A DNA stretch of 63,334 nucleotides, the filler included, from Reclinomonas americana ATCC 50394 (Eukaryota), in NCBI GenBank assembly GCA_048213135.1. It is 4 parts of 4 records of this genome, joined end to end, with 100 filler letters (N's around TTAATTAATTAA, not from the genome) between each part and the next. Parts side by side here need not be neighbours in the genome. Positions count along the whole stretch, not along the records: positions 1 to 20,001 come from PS015224.1; positions 20,102 to 43,826 come from PS015225.1; 2 more parts are not named here. The stretch is one strand, 5' to 3'. Each line of letters starts with the position of its first letter. Position 1 is the stretch's first letter. Below the pieces are notes generated by a model. The model was not told the DNA's origin, made no database searches, and worked only from the letters and a program-made list of their open reading frames with translations. This document shows, piece by piece, positions 11,198-22,781 of this stretch. Both the position numbers and the translations under genes were made by a program.

Positions 11198-13922
11198 TCA
11201 GAGCTTGGATTGCGGATACAGCTGGCGGTAGCGACCGAGAGCCCAGATGGGGAAGATGTTGCGGTAGTTGGAGTAGCTGATCATGGCGTTGGCGTTGAAG
11301 ACGCCACTGATGCACTCTTGTGGGAAGTCGCCGTTCGGCAGCTGGCGCCGTCGCAGCAGCTGAATGCCGCGATCGATCGCCTTCTGGTCGGGATAGCCGG
11401 CAGCCATCAGCGCCAGGAGAGCCCATGATGTGTTGATTACCTGCGCCCACTCATTCTGCGAGTACTCCTTGACCACACACGACTGCGAGAAAGGAAATGC
11501 GTGTGTGAGACCAACTGGGAAAATGCTGGAGCTTACACGGGTGAGCGCAACTTCAAAGGTCTCGCCCCACCCGCCCGACTCCATCTGCTTGCCCACCAAA
11601 AAGTCGCACGCACTCTGCACATGCGGGCATTTCTCGTACGAACGACCGACGGCCACCAGAGCCTCGACGCCGAACCACGTGCCGTAGGTGAAGCACACAC
11701 CCCAGCTGCCGTACCAGCTGCCGTCGGCGCGCTGAATGCTCTCGATGAACTTGATTGCGCGCTCAATCGACTGCCGAATCTCGGCCTTGCGGTGATGCGG
11801 GAAGTCGTGCGCAAAGGCCAGCAGTGACTGCACCGACGCGCTCGTGCACTCGACATAAGGGTAGTCGATCATGATGTCGCCAAAGACCTCGGATGGGTTG
11901 CACAACTCGAGGATCTTCGAGCCGCGCATCAGCTCGTACGTCGCCCACCCTCCGCACTCGTTCTGCATCGACAGCGACACGTTGACGGCGTCGTACAGGC
12001 GTTCCTTCGGAATGGGGTTGGTGATGTACGGCAAGTGGCGCAGTTTGATGGCCGCCTTCAGACCCTCCGACGTGCAATCCGAGATCGGCCAACCTGCGCG
12101 TGTCGTGTCAGCACACCGCGGCGACCAAACTCGCACTCCATCCACTCACCGTGATCCTTGGTCGAGAAGGGCCAGGCGCCTTTGGAGATGTGTCGGAAGT
12201 ACTTGTCGAGCTGGTCCACATCCTCGTCGACTTGCGTAATATCAATGTAGTCGCTGGCACGCTGCAGCGTGTCGGCCACCTCCTCACCCAGGCCCGTATC
12301 GATAATGGCCTGCACGGCAAACGCCGTGTCCCACAGTTGTGAGCCATTGTAGCCCTGCATCTTCATGCCGTCGTCGGAGAGCCACAGGTAGTCTGCGGCA
12401 CGCACGAGTGTTAGGGACGAGGAGAGAGGAGAAGCGTATCGCGATTGTTGACGTTGCGCACCGTAGATACGCGGAATGTGCTTCGTGAATCTCTCGTCGT
12501 CGGGGCCAAAGGCGTAGTAGCAGCACAGCATGTTGCAGACCTTGTTGACGGGTCCAATGTCAATGTACTTTGTCGTCTTGTCCTCGTGCACAATGTGGTC
12601 GATGCACTCGTCGAGAGCGAGCTTGCGCACACGCGCCGAGTGCATTGGTTCGTACACGTTGAGCACGGCTGCGCGTGCCAGAGTGAGCATGCACACAAGA
12701 GGGAGGAGGCCTCGAAGAGAAACTCACCATTGGCGGTCTTCATCAGCCACGAGTGTGACTTGTAGAGATCGATCGGGTGGCAAAAGTTGCGCTGCGCCGG
12801 CCAGTCAATCTGATCGTATGGCATCGGGTACAACTCCTCGCGCAACGAGTCAATCAGTGGAGTGCGGCGACACTGAGATCGCGAACCGTAGATGTAGGCC
12901 TGTGTGCATACACACGGGATGAGCAGCCGAAGTGGAGAAGTAGCATCTCTCTGGCTCCCTCTTCCCCCCCACACACGCACCATGGGCAGATACACCACAC
13001 GGCAGTGGCACCACATGCGCGACGGATGGAACGGCAACCACGACGGCAACCACCACAGCTCCGGCGGCACGGGGTTCATGCCATGCCACTCGTACACACC
13101 GAGAGTGGCGAGCCAAAACTTGCCCCACGAGGGGATTCCGCACGCACCACCGTGCTCGTGCAGCCAGTGGCGTGCACGCATCGCACGTGGATCGTCCTTG
13201 TCCACTCCCAAAAGGCGCATCGACACGTAGTTGAGCGCAGTGCCAAACACGGTCGATCGGCCCTCGATGTGCCTGCCAGAGACGAGATGAGCGGGCAGGC
13301 GAGGACACGGGATAACGCATCGTCGCGCACGCAACAGTCCCCAGCCGCCATCCTCGCGCTGCTGGTTGCTCAAGTACCGAATCATCTCCCGCTTGTGCGG
13401 CTCCGGGAGCTCCACTTGTGCCGAGTAGCATGTGATCACCAAGCCTGACCGTGCACAATTTCATGAGAAGCCATGGCATTGACCAATCGCTCCCCTCTCC
13501 TCTCCAGCGACACGCACCTGGCAACAGGAACATGGGACCGCCATAGTCACCAGCCCAGTGGCCATCCTCGGTCTGAATGGTCGAGTAGAAGCGAATGGCG
13601 GCGCGCACAGACTCATCAGTCGAACCAAACACCGGCTCGGGATTCTCGTATCGAGAATGCGGATCATTCTGCGATCCATCATTCATCACACGCATAAGCA
13701 CATGCGTGTGACACCAACAGCCTCTATAACAGAGTGCGTGCATGTGTGTGTGTCTCTCTCTCACTTTCTCACGCATGTTTATCATGACGACGCAACACTC
13801 TTCTTCGACAGCAGATGCTCCTCGACTGTGCGATTCAGCTTCTGCGCCTGCTTCTCCACCACATAGTCCCACACTTGGCGACCACGGTCCACACTCAGCT
13901 GCCACAGTCCACCGTCTTGCAT
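11198..13922 (-). CDS. CAS1: Oxidosqualene cyclase with cycloartenol-synthase signature
   Basis: [97 protein letters not shown]. Confidence 0.93.
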
Positions 13923-14081
13923 GTCGGCGTGTGAGAAGTTCTCAGTGTTTTGCGAAAAAAATGAGCGGTTTTTTCGCTGAGTGTGGACCAACAGACTTCT
14001 GAAGTGATGTGGAGCGCAAACGCAGCTGCTGCTGTGCTCGCACTCGCCTCGCCACTGGTGGCAGCCGCGTGGCGACAGTGG

Positions 14082-15307
14082 ATGTCTGTGCACGAGGCTG
14101 AGGAGGAGGAGGAGCGCGGACATGTGCATGTGCACGAGGCAGCAGAGGAAGAAGAGGAAGAAGAGGAGGAAGAGGAGGTGTATCGTGGTGATCCCGCGTA
14201 TCGTCCATACACGGCGGGGTTCGCCTCGTACATGCCCAACCCCGATGTGTGCAATCCACGGGTGCGTCTCTCCCTTTCCCCACACACTCTTCTCCTCCTC
14301 ATGTTGCCTGATTGTCTGTGCAGCTTCGTCGGCGTCAGCGCATCGAGTCGCGCTCGAACCACGCCTGGGAGCGCTTCTTCCGTGAGAAAGGCGACCGCTT
14401 CTTCAAGGATCGGCATTACTTGGCGCGTGAGTTCCCCGAGTTGGAGCCCTCTTCTTCTTCATCGTCGCCCGCGATTGTGTACTTGGAGGCCGGTTGTGGT
14501 GCGGGCAACACGCTGTTCCCGGTCATGCGCGATCATCCGCACTGGCAGTACCATGCGTTTGACGTGTCGGCGGCCGCTGTGCGCATTGTCAATGAGCATG
14601 AGTTGATGCAACAGGCGGGCGCTGTGGCCACGGTGCGTGTGTGTCGCTCGCTGTGTGTGGGGCGGTCAGTCAAGTGTGCTTACCACGCGGTTTGTGCACA
14701 TGCAGACGTGCGATCTGATGACGGGAGTGCTGCCGGCGGGGATTCCCGACGGTGGCGTCGACCTGTGCTCGCTGATCTTTGTGCTCAGCGCACTGCCGCC
14801 GCAAACCATGTCGGCGGCGCTGCGTGGCATCAACCGCAAGATGAAGGTCGGCGGTCACTTGCTGTTTCGCGATTACCTGCGCGACGACCTGCGGCAGCGC
14901 CAGTTTGAGGACGAGGCCGGTGCGCCGGCCGAGCTCGGCAATCACTATTTCATGCGCGGTGACGGCACTCTGGTGTACTTTTTCGACCCAGGTGCGGAAG
15001 GCCAGTGCTACCATCGTGCATGTGTGCGTGTGTTGTGCTCATTTGCTACGCAGACGAGCTGGTGTGTATGATGCGCGAGTGCGGCTTTGTTCTGATCGAC
15101 ATGAAACGGCATGAGCGGACGGTCGAAAATCGGAAACTCGAAGGTGTGTTTTCCGTCTCTCCCTTTCCTTTTTTTCTGTCGTCCACTGCCTACTCCGCGC
15201 TCGTCTCTTGTGGTGGGGGTTTTACGGTCAACTCATTTTTTGTGCATATTTATGCAGTGAGCATGGACCGGAAATGGCTCCAAGCACGATTCAAAAAGTC
15301 CACCTGA
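14082..15307 (+). CDS. tRNA 3-methylcytidine methyltransferase, METTL2/6/8 (Trm140) family
   Basis: WERFFREKGDRFFKDRHYLAREFPEL, LEAGCGAGNTLFP, LIFVLSAL, GGHLLFRDY..DDL.Q, YFMRGDGTLVYFF, MDRKWLQARF. Confidence 0.9.
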
Positions 15308-15464
15308 GTCCATGAACGAAATCGGATCGAGTTGAGGTCGCTACAAATACCGCGCGCGTGTGCACGGTTTACCAACATACACATATTATCCGAGCTTCTG
15401 CGAGCCGACCTCATCTGCATCTTCAACAACATCAACATCACCATCAAATCAGCTTCAACACAAA

Positions 15465-15854
15465 ATGGGCTTTGCAATTGTCCTCGACGCTGGTTCCGAC
15501 AACCATTTCACCATGGTGTACGTCAATGGCAAGTCGGCGGGTTCCGCCGAGGCGCAGACGGCGCTTGAGCTTGTGCGTGCCTTTTGCCAGACACATGTGG
15601 CGGAGGGCGTCACGGAGCTTCCGTTGGTGCCGACACGCATGTGGGGCGCCCGGAGCATCCTCATTGATCCGGAGAGCGAGCTGGCCCGTCTCAAGCAGGC
15701 GGTCACCGCCTTTCTGCATACCGAGCATGGCGATCAGTTCGCCGTTGATCACGATTCGCGTCGGGCCGTCACTGCGCACGTCAATCTGCGTGGCCAGCCG
15801 GCTGAGTGTCTCCTGCCGATGGTCAGCCTGGTTAGCGGCTGGCAGATCATGTGA
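15465..15854 (+). CDS. Small intronless protein (129 aa), possible minimal 2H phosphoesterase
   Basis: Clean ORF after a C/A-rich leader. Two His motifs, NHFTMVY and AHVNL, about 90 aa apart. Fold call is tentative. Confidence 0.5.
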   Translation: MGFAIVLDAGSDNHFTMVYVNGKSAGSAEAQTALELVRAFCQTHVAEGVTELPLVPTRMWGARSILIDPESELARLKQAVTAFLHTEHGDQFAVDHDSRRAVTAHVNLRGQPAECLLPMVSLVSGWQIM

Positions 15855-15914
15855 GCGAAGCGACGACGACGACGCGGAGCTCTCCTCTTACACACGTCGG
15901 CATTCACTCTAACA

Positions 15915-17363
15915 TTACTTTGGTGATGGTGGTGGCGTTGTTGCTGCTGCCTGCTCCAGAACCCATAGTGAACCGCTGCGATATGACTTATCCTTGAATG
16001 TTTCCGAGCGGAACGATTGCAGCTGCTGTGCGGTGGGCATCCACGATCGATAGAGGCCGTTGTTGTCGATGACGTCTGCGAGGTGCAGGCGCCACCTCTT
16101 GAACAGCTCCACGCACACCTCGTCGCACTTGTCGTCGTAGTCGTATCTGGCAGCTCCGTTGTCGATGCCCACGCGATTCTGCACCACGAGATCGGTGCGG
16201 TGAATGGCACCGCGGAACGGTGCATACACATCAAAGATGGCCGGGTCGACGAGGGACGCCTTGAAGTGGAACGGGTAGTACACGCCGTCTGTCGGCTATC
16301 GTTGAGCAAACAAAGACGAAGACGAACGGCAACAGCAACACCGCACCGAAAATCTCCAAATGAGTGCGATGCACGAGATGAAACGTCGGCCACTGTGTGA
16401 AACCCAGTCAGCTTCTCTGCAGTTTCTGCATTACAACACAGAGATCGATACCTCGGGCATGTACTCGTCGAAGAAGGCCACCAGGCCAAAGTTGGGAGCG
16501 ACCGGACTGACGAGGAGTTGCTGTGTGCACACGAAGCAATGAACACCTTCACCCTCATCGTAGCGGAGCGGAGCGGGGAACGCAACTTGGATCGCCAGCG
16601 ACGTCCAACCCTTGGTCTTCAGTAGCAAGTCGTCGTTGGAGGGCATAATGTAGTCGCACTGATCGGCAAGCGCCTGCCGCGCCAGCACGTTCCAGATGGC
16701 CAGAATGTGGCCCTTGAGTCCGTACAGCCGCACGAAGCGCACGTCCAGATGCACTCCCGACGACGCCACTCGCTGCTTCGCCAACTCCACATACCGTTGC
16801 CGGTTCCTATCTTGATCCCACACCATGTCGAACAGATCGTAGCCCACAAGCAGGCGATACTCGTACCGCGGTGCCGCCTCACCCGTGCGCGCCAACGAGT
16901 CGACAAACTTGGTCAGCGACGGCTGGTTCTCGATCGTGCCCGGCGCACCGACCGATGTCACAGGATGCATGAGGCACACGCGGATCGGTCGCTGCGACCA
17001 CTGCAGCGGTTCGCCACTCGCCTACAACAGCAACAGTGGGAGGGAAGGATGAGAGCGATCGACGAGGCATGCAGTCATCGTCTGGCACGCAACTGAGGAC
17101 ACACTCGATGCCAGCGCCCAATTGGTCCAGGCCGACGCAGCTGATGCTCGCCCACCAGCTGCTGCACCGCCCAATGCACCACTGGCTAATGACAATGACG
17201 AAGAAGAAGACGATGCTGATGAAGACAATGACGATGACAGCGATGCGCTGTTGGACCACATGTGCGTGGACAGGCGACCGAGCAGAAAGGCACCGGCCAG
17301 CAGGGCCACAATGACCAGCAGCAGCAGTGGTCGCCGTGTCAGCGCGTTGCCTCCGCTGGCCAT
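15915..17363 (-). CDS. Type II membrane glycosyltransferase (GT-A fold)
   Basis: N-terminal TM (PLLLLVIVALLAGAFLLG), Ser-rich stem, LLVGYD, WNVLARQA...CDYIMPSNDD (DxD-like), GWT, NFGLVAFFD, YYPFHFK...D. Confidence 0.7.
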
Positions 17364-17431
17364 CGAGTGAGTAGAGTAGAGTGGAGTGTGTCAGTCCATT
17401 CATCGGTTGACCTGCAGACTCTTTGCTCGTC

Positions 17432-18809
17432 ATGCTGAGTGCGCTGTGGCATCGCTGTGGCACTGTGCCTGCGCGTGCACATGTGCGCTGCATGACGAGT
17501 CTCTTTGGCGCGCGCAAGGACACACCACGCGATGCGCGCTTTGCAAAGGTGTGTGACTTGTGTGCACCAGTCACTCTCCTCCTCCCACTCACTCGAGTGC
17601 GTGCGCGCGCACAGTTGACAGACAAGGACGTGGCGCACTTTGAGTCGATTGTTGGCCGCGAGGGGCTCGTCACTGATGCGAGTGAGTTGGAGGTGAGATC
17701 GTTGTCATGCACATGAGGAGTTGTCTGCATGACTCTCACTCTCTCTCTCTGCGCGCGTGTGTGTGTAGCCACTGAACCGAGACTGGCTGAAGCACAACTG
17801 CGGTCAGTCGACGCTCGCACTGCGCCCGAAGACCACGGAGCAAGTGAGCGCGATTCTCCGACACTGTCACGCACGCAGTCTGGCGGTGACTCCGCAGGGT
17901 GGCAACACGGGGCTGGTGGGTGGCTCGGTGCCAGTGTACGACGAGGTGGTGTTGTCACTGTCGCGCATGAACAAGATTGTGTTGCGTTCTTGCATGTGCA
18001 TGCAGTGTCGCGCTTGTGGCCTTCTCAATGATTGGTCTGCTGCAGAGATTTCGATGCCGTCAGTGGCATTCTCACCTGCGAGGCTGGCTGTGTGCTGGAG
18101 CAAGTGGACACGTATGCGGCGCAGCGCGGCTACATCTTCCCGCTGGATCTGGGCGCCAAGGGAAGCTGCCAGATTGGTGGCAATTTGTCGACCAATGCCG
18201 GCGGTCTTCGATATCTGCGGTACGGCTCACTGCACGGCAACACTCTCGGTCTGGAGGTGGTGCTGGCCGACGGTACCGTGCTGGACATGCTCAAGACGCT
18301 GCGCAAGGACAACACGGGGTACGACCTCAAGCAGATATTCATCGGAGCGGAGGGCACGCTCGGCGGTCCGTGTGTCAGTTGCATCATGCGTGGTCTTGTT
18401 GCATTGATTTACCGTCGTTTCTTGTTCAGTGATCACCAAGGCCGCGGTGCTGCTGCCGGTGCGACCGCGTGCGCTCAATGTGTGCGTTCTGGGCCTCGAT
18501 TCGTTCGCGCAAGTGCTGCAAGTGTTCACGCAGGCGCGCGCGGCACTGAGTGATATTTTATCGGGTGCGTACCAAGCATCGCTTTGCCCGTTTACTCGTG
18601 TGGCTGATTGCCGAGAATGTGTGAAGCGTTCGAGTTCTTTGATCGCCAGTCGTGCGAGACTGTGATCAAGCATCTGGCCCACAATGGCGCTCGGTGAGTG
18701 TGTTTGTGTGTTGTCACTCGCCGTGTGCAGGCGAGGAGCCTCACTCATGTGCCACAGTGAGCCGTTCGAGAAGCCGTACCCGTTCTACGTGTTGATCGAG
18801 ACGTCGGGC
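17432..18809 (+). CDS. D2HGDH: D-2-hydroxyglutarate dehydrogenase, 5' part (mitochondrial transit-like N-terminus)
   Basis: [86 protein letters not shown]. Confidence 0.93.
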
Positions 18810-18961
18810 NNNNNNNNNNNNNNNNNNNNNNNNNNNNNNNNNNNNNNNNNNNNNNNNNNNNNNNNNNNNNNNNNNNNNNNNNNNNNNNNNNNNNNNNNNN
18901 NNNNNNNNNNNNNNNNNNNNNNNNNNNNNNNNNNNNNNNNNNNNNNNNNNNNNNNNNNNNN

Positions 18962-19085
18962 GGCTCACCACGAGGCGTTGTATTCCCCCCGATATCACCA
19001 CCCTCCAAGGCGGCCGCTGCCGCAACCGCTGCCGTTGTCACCGTCATCGACAATGCGAGATGAGTGGTACCAGGGGAGGGAGTAA
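18962..19085 (+). CDS. Possible Pro-rich 3' terminal exon of a neighbouring gene, on the inverted contig
   Basis: Open frame AHHEALYSPRYHHPPRRPLPQP...YQGRE* followed by an AT-rich 3' region, convergent with the D2HGDH end. Confidence 0.35.
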
Positions 19086-19147
19086 AAATTTTGTGATTTT
19101 GTTTACTATTGTGAGCCGTGGGGGGTCCACTGAGTGCGGCACTATTC

Positions 19148-20001
19148 TCATGCGTCGGGCGCCACGAGCACCTTGTAGGGATTCAAGATGCCCTTGGAGT
19201 CCAGCGTCTGCTTGAGGGCACGCATCACGCCAATGGTCGGTGCGGTTTGTGCCAACTCGATGTAAGTGCGCCTTGGCCACACCGAGACCGTGCTCGGCAC
19301 TGATGCTGCCACGCTGGGCAGCTGGCACCATGGAAAAAAGTCAATCATTGCTACAGACAGGGACCACAGCGGATGAACGCACCGGTCCACTCGTAGACGT
19401 ACGGCTCGATTTCGGCCAGCACCTCTGGATTGAACGACGGACTCGTCGCATTGAGGTGCAAGTTGCCTGCGGCGACCGAGTCAGCGTACGGAGAAGAAGG
19501 AAAGCGTAAGAAGCATCTGCGCTGCGTACCGTCACCCATGTGGCCAAAGCCGACGACATTGGCGTCAAACTTGGCCAGCCGGCCGCGCATAATCTCCACA
19601 ATGTCGTAGAATTTCGACAGGGGCAAGGAGATGTCGTACCTGCGCCAGCCCGCAGTCTCCAGTGAGGAACCAAGGGAGGCGAGTGCAGAAACACAATGAC
19701 GCACTTGTACACGTATCCTTCCTTGGTGAGACTCTCGGAGATGCCCTCGCGGAGGACCCACAATTGCTTGAACTGCACCGCCAGTAACTCATCAACACAT
19801 TCCCTCTTTCCCCCCTCACCCCCCACACTCATGCACATGCCTTGGTCATGTCAGTGCTCATGATGGCGTCGGCGACGAGGCCGTCGCCCATGGCAGTCTC
19901 GAAGAACCGGTTCAGTTTCTGGGGGGAACACATGAGAAGAAGGGGGAACGATCATGCGAGACACGCGGCTTACGCACATCCTGGTCGTGCTCCTCCACGC
20001 T
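19148..20001 (-). CDS. D2HGDH: D2HGDH 3' part on an inverted contig; apparent 1-nt frameshift near 19264
   Basis: KLNRFFE, LWVLREGI, YVYK|YDISLP, GFGHMGDG|NLHLN, EPYVYEW, GSISAEHGLG, LKQTLDSKGILNPYKVL. Confidence 0.9.
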
Positions 20002-20045
20002 NNNNNNNNNNNNNNNNNNNNNNNNNNNNNNNNNNNNNNNNNNNN

Positions 20046-20057
20046 TTAATTAATTAA
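20046..20057. other. Artificial scaffold linker (TTAATTAATTAA between N-runs)
   Basis: Six-frame-stop palindrome flanked by Ns; identical copies at 43871 and 61336. Confidence 0.95.
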
Positions 20058-20101
20058 NNNNNNNNNNNNNNNNNNNNNNNNNNNNNNNNNNNNNNNNNNN
20101 N

Positions 20102-22213
20102 ATTGGTCTCGGGCAGTGGTGGCGGCATGTTGACGGCGGCCACTGTGGCGCCTTCGCCGTCGGCACCTGCAGCGGGGCGACCTGTTGTGCGCTCGCGCGA
20201 GCTCGGCCGGACTTGCAGATCGGGCGCCGCCGAACCCGACGACGGAATGGAGGCGGCCGACTTCTTTGCCATGCCGCGGGCACTGCGTGCCGACGGAGTG
20301 CCGGCGGTTCCGGCTGGCGGCGGTGGTGGCGCTTGCGTGGACGATGCGAGTGAGGCAGTGGGTTGAATGCCGTATCGGAGCGAGGCAGTGGCGGTGGCGG
20401 CGGGACCGTGATGACGAGCGTCGGCCACAGCAATGGGTCGACTGCGTGGTGGTGTGACAGTCTTGGACAGCTGCTCGTGAATGCGCACGCTCTCCTGCAT
20501 GCGTTCCTGTATGCATCATCCCGATGTGAGCAGACGCGAAAACGTACGCGCAATGCGTCGCACACAAACCTCTTCCTCCTGACGCAGACGCGTCTCGAGG
20601 GCAAACATACGGGCTTCGGTGATGCGCTGGAAGGTGGACGACGAGGCGTACTCGCGAACCATGCGAGTGAGATGTGAGTCCACGTACTGCAGCTGCGATT
20701 CGAGGTTGGCCTTGGTGTCGGCCAGTGCCTGCTGCAGCGAAAAGTGCTTGTCCTCCACATCGCGCTCCACATTGTCCACACGCTCGTGCAGTTCGCCAAT
20801 GCCACCAAGCACCTGCGGCGACACGGACGAGGATTATGAGACACAAACACAACGTGCATACACAAACATAGGCGCATGCCACGTTACCTGTTGGTGCTTG
20901 CGACTGACATCATCCTGCACCTCGTTGACCGCTTGTGCACGCGTGCGTGCCTCCGCAGTGACGAGATCGCGCATAATCTTGCCTTCGGCGGCAATGTGCT
21001 CGTTCATGGCGGTCATTTCGTCCTCGACCGCCTTCTTGAAGACAGCGGTCTCGGCCTCGAGTTTGCGCATGGACTCGGCGGTGCGCTTGTCGGACTCGCG
21101 CAACCGTGTGTCGAGTGTGTGATGCTGCTGATTGGCGTGGTCGGCATTCGTCTGCACGACCTGTTGGAGGTGGGTGTGCGCCTCGGCGCCGCGGTTCACA
21201 TCCGTACGCAGTCCGGTGATCAGCGACAGCGCTTCCGTGGTGGTGCGCGTTCCGGTCTCGCGCAAATCCCGCACCATGTCGTACACGGAGCGGAACCCCG
21301 ACGTAATGTCGGCCTTGGTGAAGCCCAGACGCTCGTCCACATCCACAAAGCGCGCGCTGTGCTGCTCCAGCTGGCCACGGATGCTACAAGCGAGCACGAG
21401 TGAGAATACGCACACATCAGGAGGAAAAAAGAGAGACACGGAACTTGGTAATGGACGAATCGTACTCGTCGTACTTGACGCGCTGCTCCTGTCGCAGCGT
21501 CGACATGCCCGCCTGCAGCTCACTCTGAATCTGCGCCGACACCACATCGGCGTGCGCCTGCGCCAACTTGGTGAGCTCCGACAGCTTGCCGAGCGTCTCC
21601 TTGAGCGAATCCATGCGCCCGGCCTCAGCACCCATGCGATTATCCAACGCCTGCACGCTCTCCTTGATCGCCACACGATCGGCAGCGTTCTCGCGCAACG
21701 TGTTGCCCTGCACGGTGATGTTCATGTCCAGCTCGTTGATGCGACGCGACAGACGCGTCTCCACCTCCTGCATGACAAAAACAAACGAACAATAAGAGAC
21801 TGTTGTGCTGGTGGAGGGTGGAGGTGGCGATCAGGCGAGTCAAGCGGTGGCACCTGTACGCGCTGCTGTAGCGCATCAATGCGGCGCTCATTGGCCTGAA
21901 TCTCCTCTCGTAAGGCGCGCTCCTTGGCATCGGCCGAGTTCTTGTCGCGTTCCAGTAAGGTAATGTACGTTGTCAGTTGATTCCACTGAGGGGGAGGAGG
22001 AGGAAGTGTTGGCGTACAAGAGGAAGAGTGAGTATGTGAGAGAGAAAGAGAGCGCAACTTGTGTCACAATGTTGTCAAACAAATCGACAATGACTGTGAT
22101 CAGATGGATTATGAGATTGTGCGTGACTGCTCTCGCTTTCTCTTTCGTAACAAACCAGAGGGAATGTTAATAAAGTCGGCCTTGAGCAGGCGAATGTCTT
22201 GAATGGGTGGCAT
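20102..22213 (-). CDS. Long coiled-coil protein with Pro-rich tail, function unknown; 3' truncated
   Basis: Spliced MPPIQDIRLLKADFINIPS|VIVDLFDNIVTQ|WNQL..., heptad-rich exons (ERALREEIQANERRIDALQQR; EVETRLSRRINELD). Confidence 0.7.
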
Positions 22214-22781
22214 CTCTCACACGCAGAGTGTGTGTGTGTGTGTGCGCGTTGATGGTTGTGTGTCTGAAAGCGATGTGAACCTGAGACACTCACTCACTGA
22301 GTGCGTGATTTCTCTTGTGCAAGAGAGTGTGAGGGAGAAGGAGGAGGAGAGAAAGAGTGTGCTCTCTCTGTGTGTGTTTCCTGGCTACGTGTGGCTCTCT
22401 GAAGCGCAAGAGTGACGATTAAGTGGTCAGGACACAAAATTCTCCGACCACGACGTCGAGGCATACATTCATTCATTGACGACCGCGGACCTAACCGCGC
22501 CCGCGACAAAGAAGCACAAAGATTAACAGCATCAACAACACAAGAATAACACAAAACAGAATTCCACACCCTCTCTCTCTCCCTCTCCAAATCAAGAAAC
22601 GTCGGCACAATGGTCAATCGGCCCCGCGCGCACACGCAGTCCCGGGTGGGTGCTGCGGTGTGCGGTGGCACGATGCGCATGTGGACGGCCGGCAGTCCCT
22701 TCTCACTCTTTTTTCTAGCTAAAAGCACACACAAAATACACAGAAAACAAGATACTAGTGTCTACGAGAAGAGGCCCGATA

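Noticed and set aside
19255-19275. D2HGDH pseudogene or programmed frameshift
   Set aside because: A single extra base in an otherwise intact conserved gene; consistent with homopolymer sequencing error.
20046-20057. Thrice-repeated TTAATTAATTAA as a biological motif
   Set aside because: Always embedded in N-runs; a six-frame-stop contig linker.
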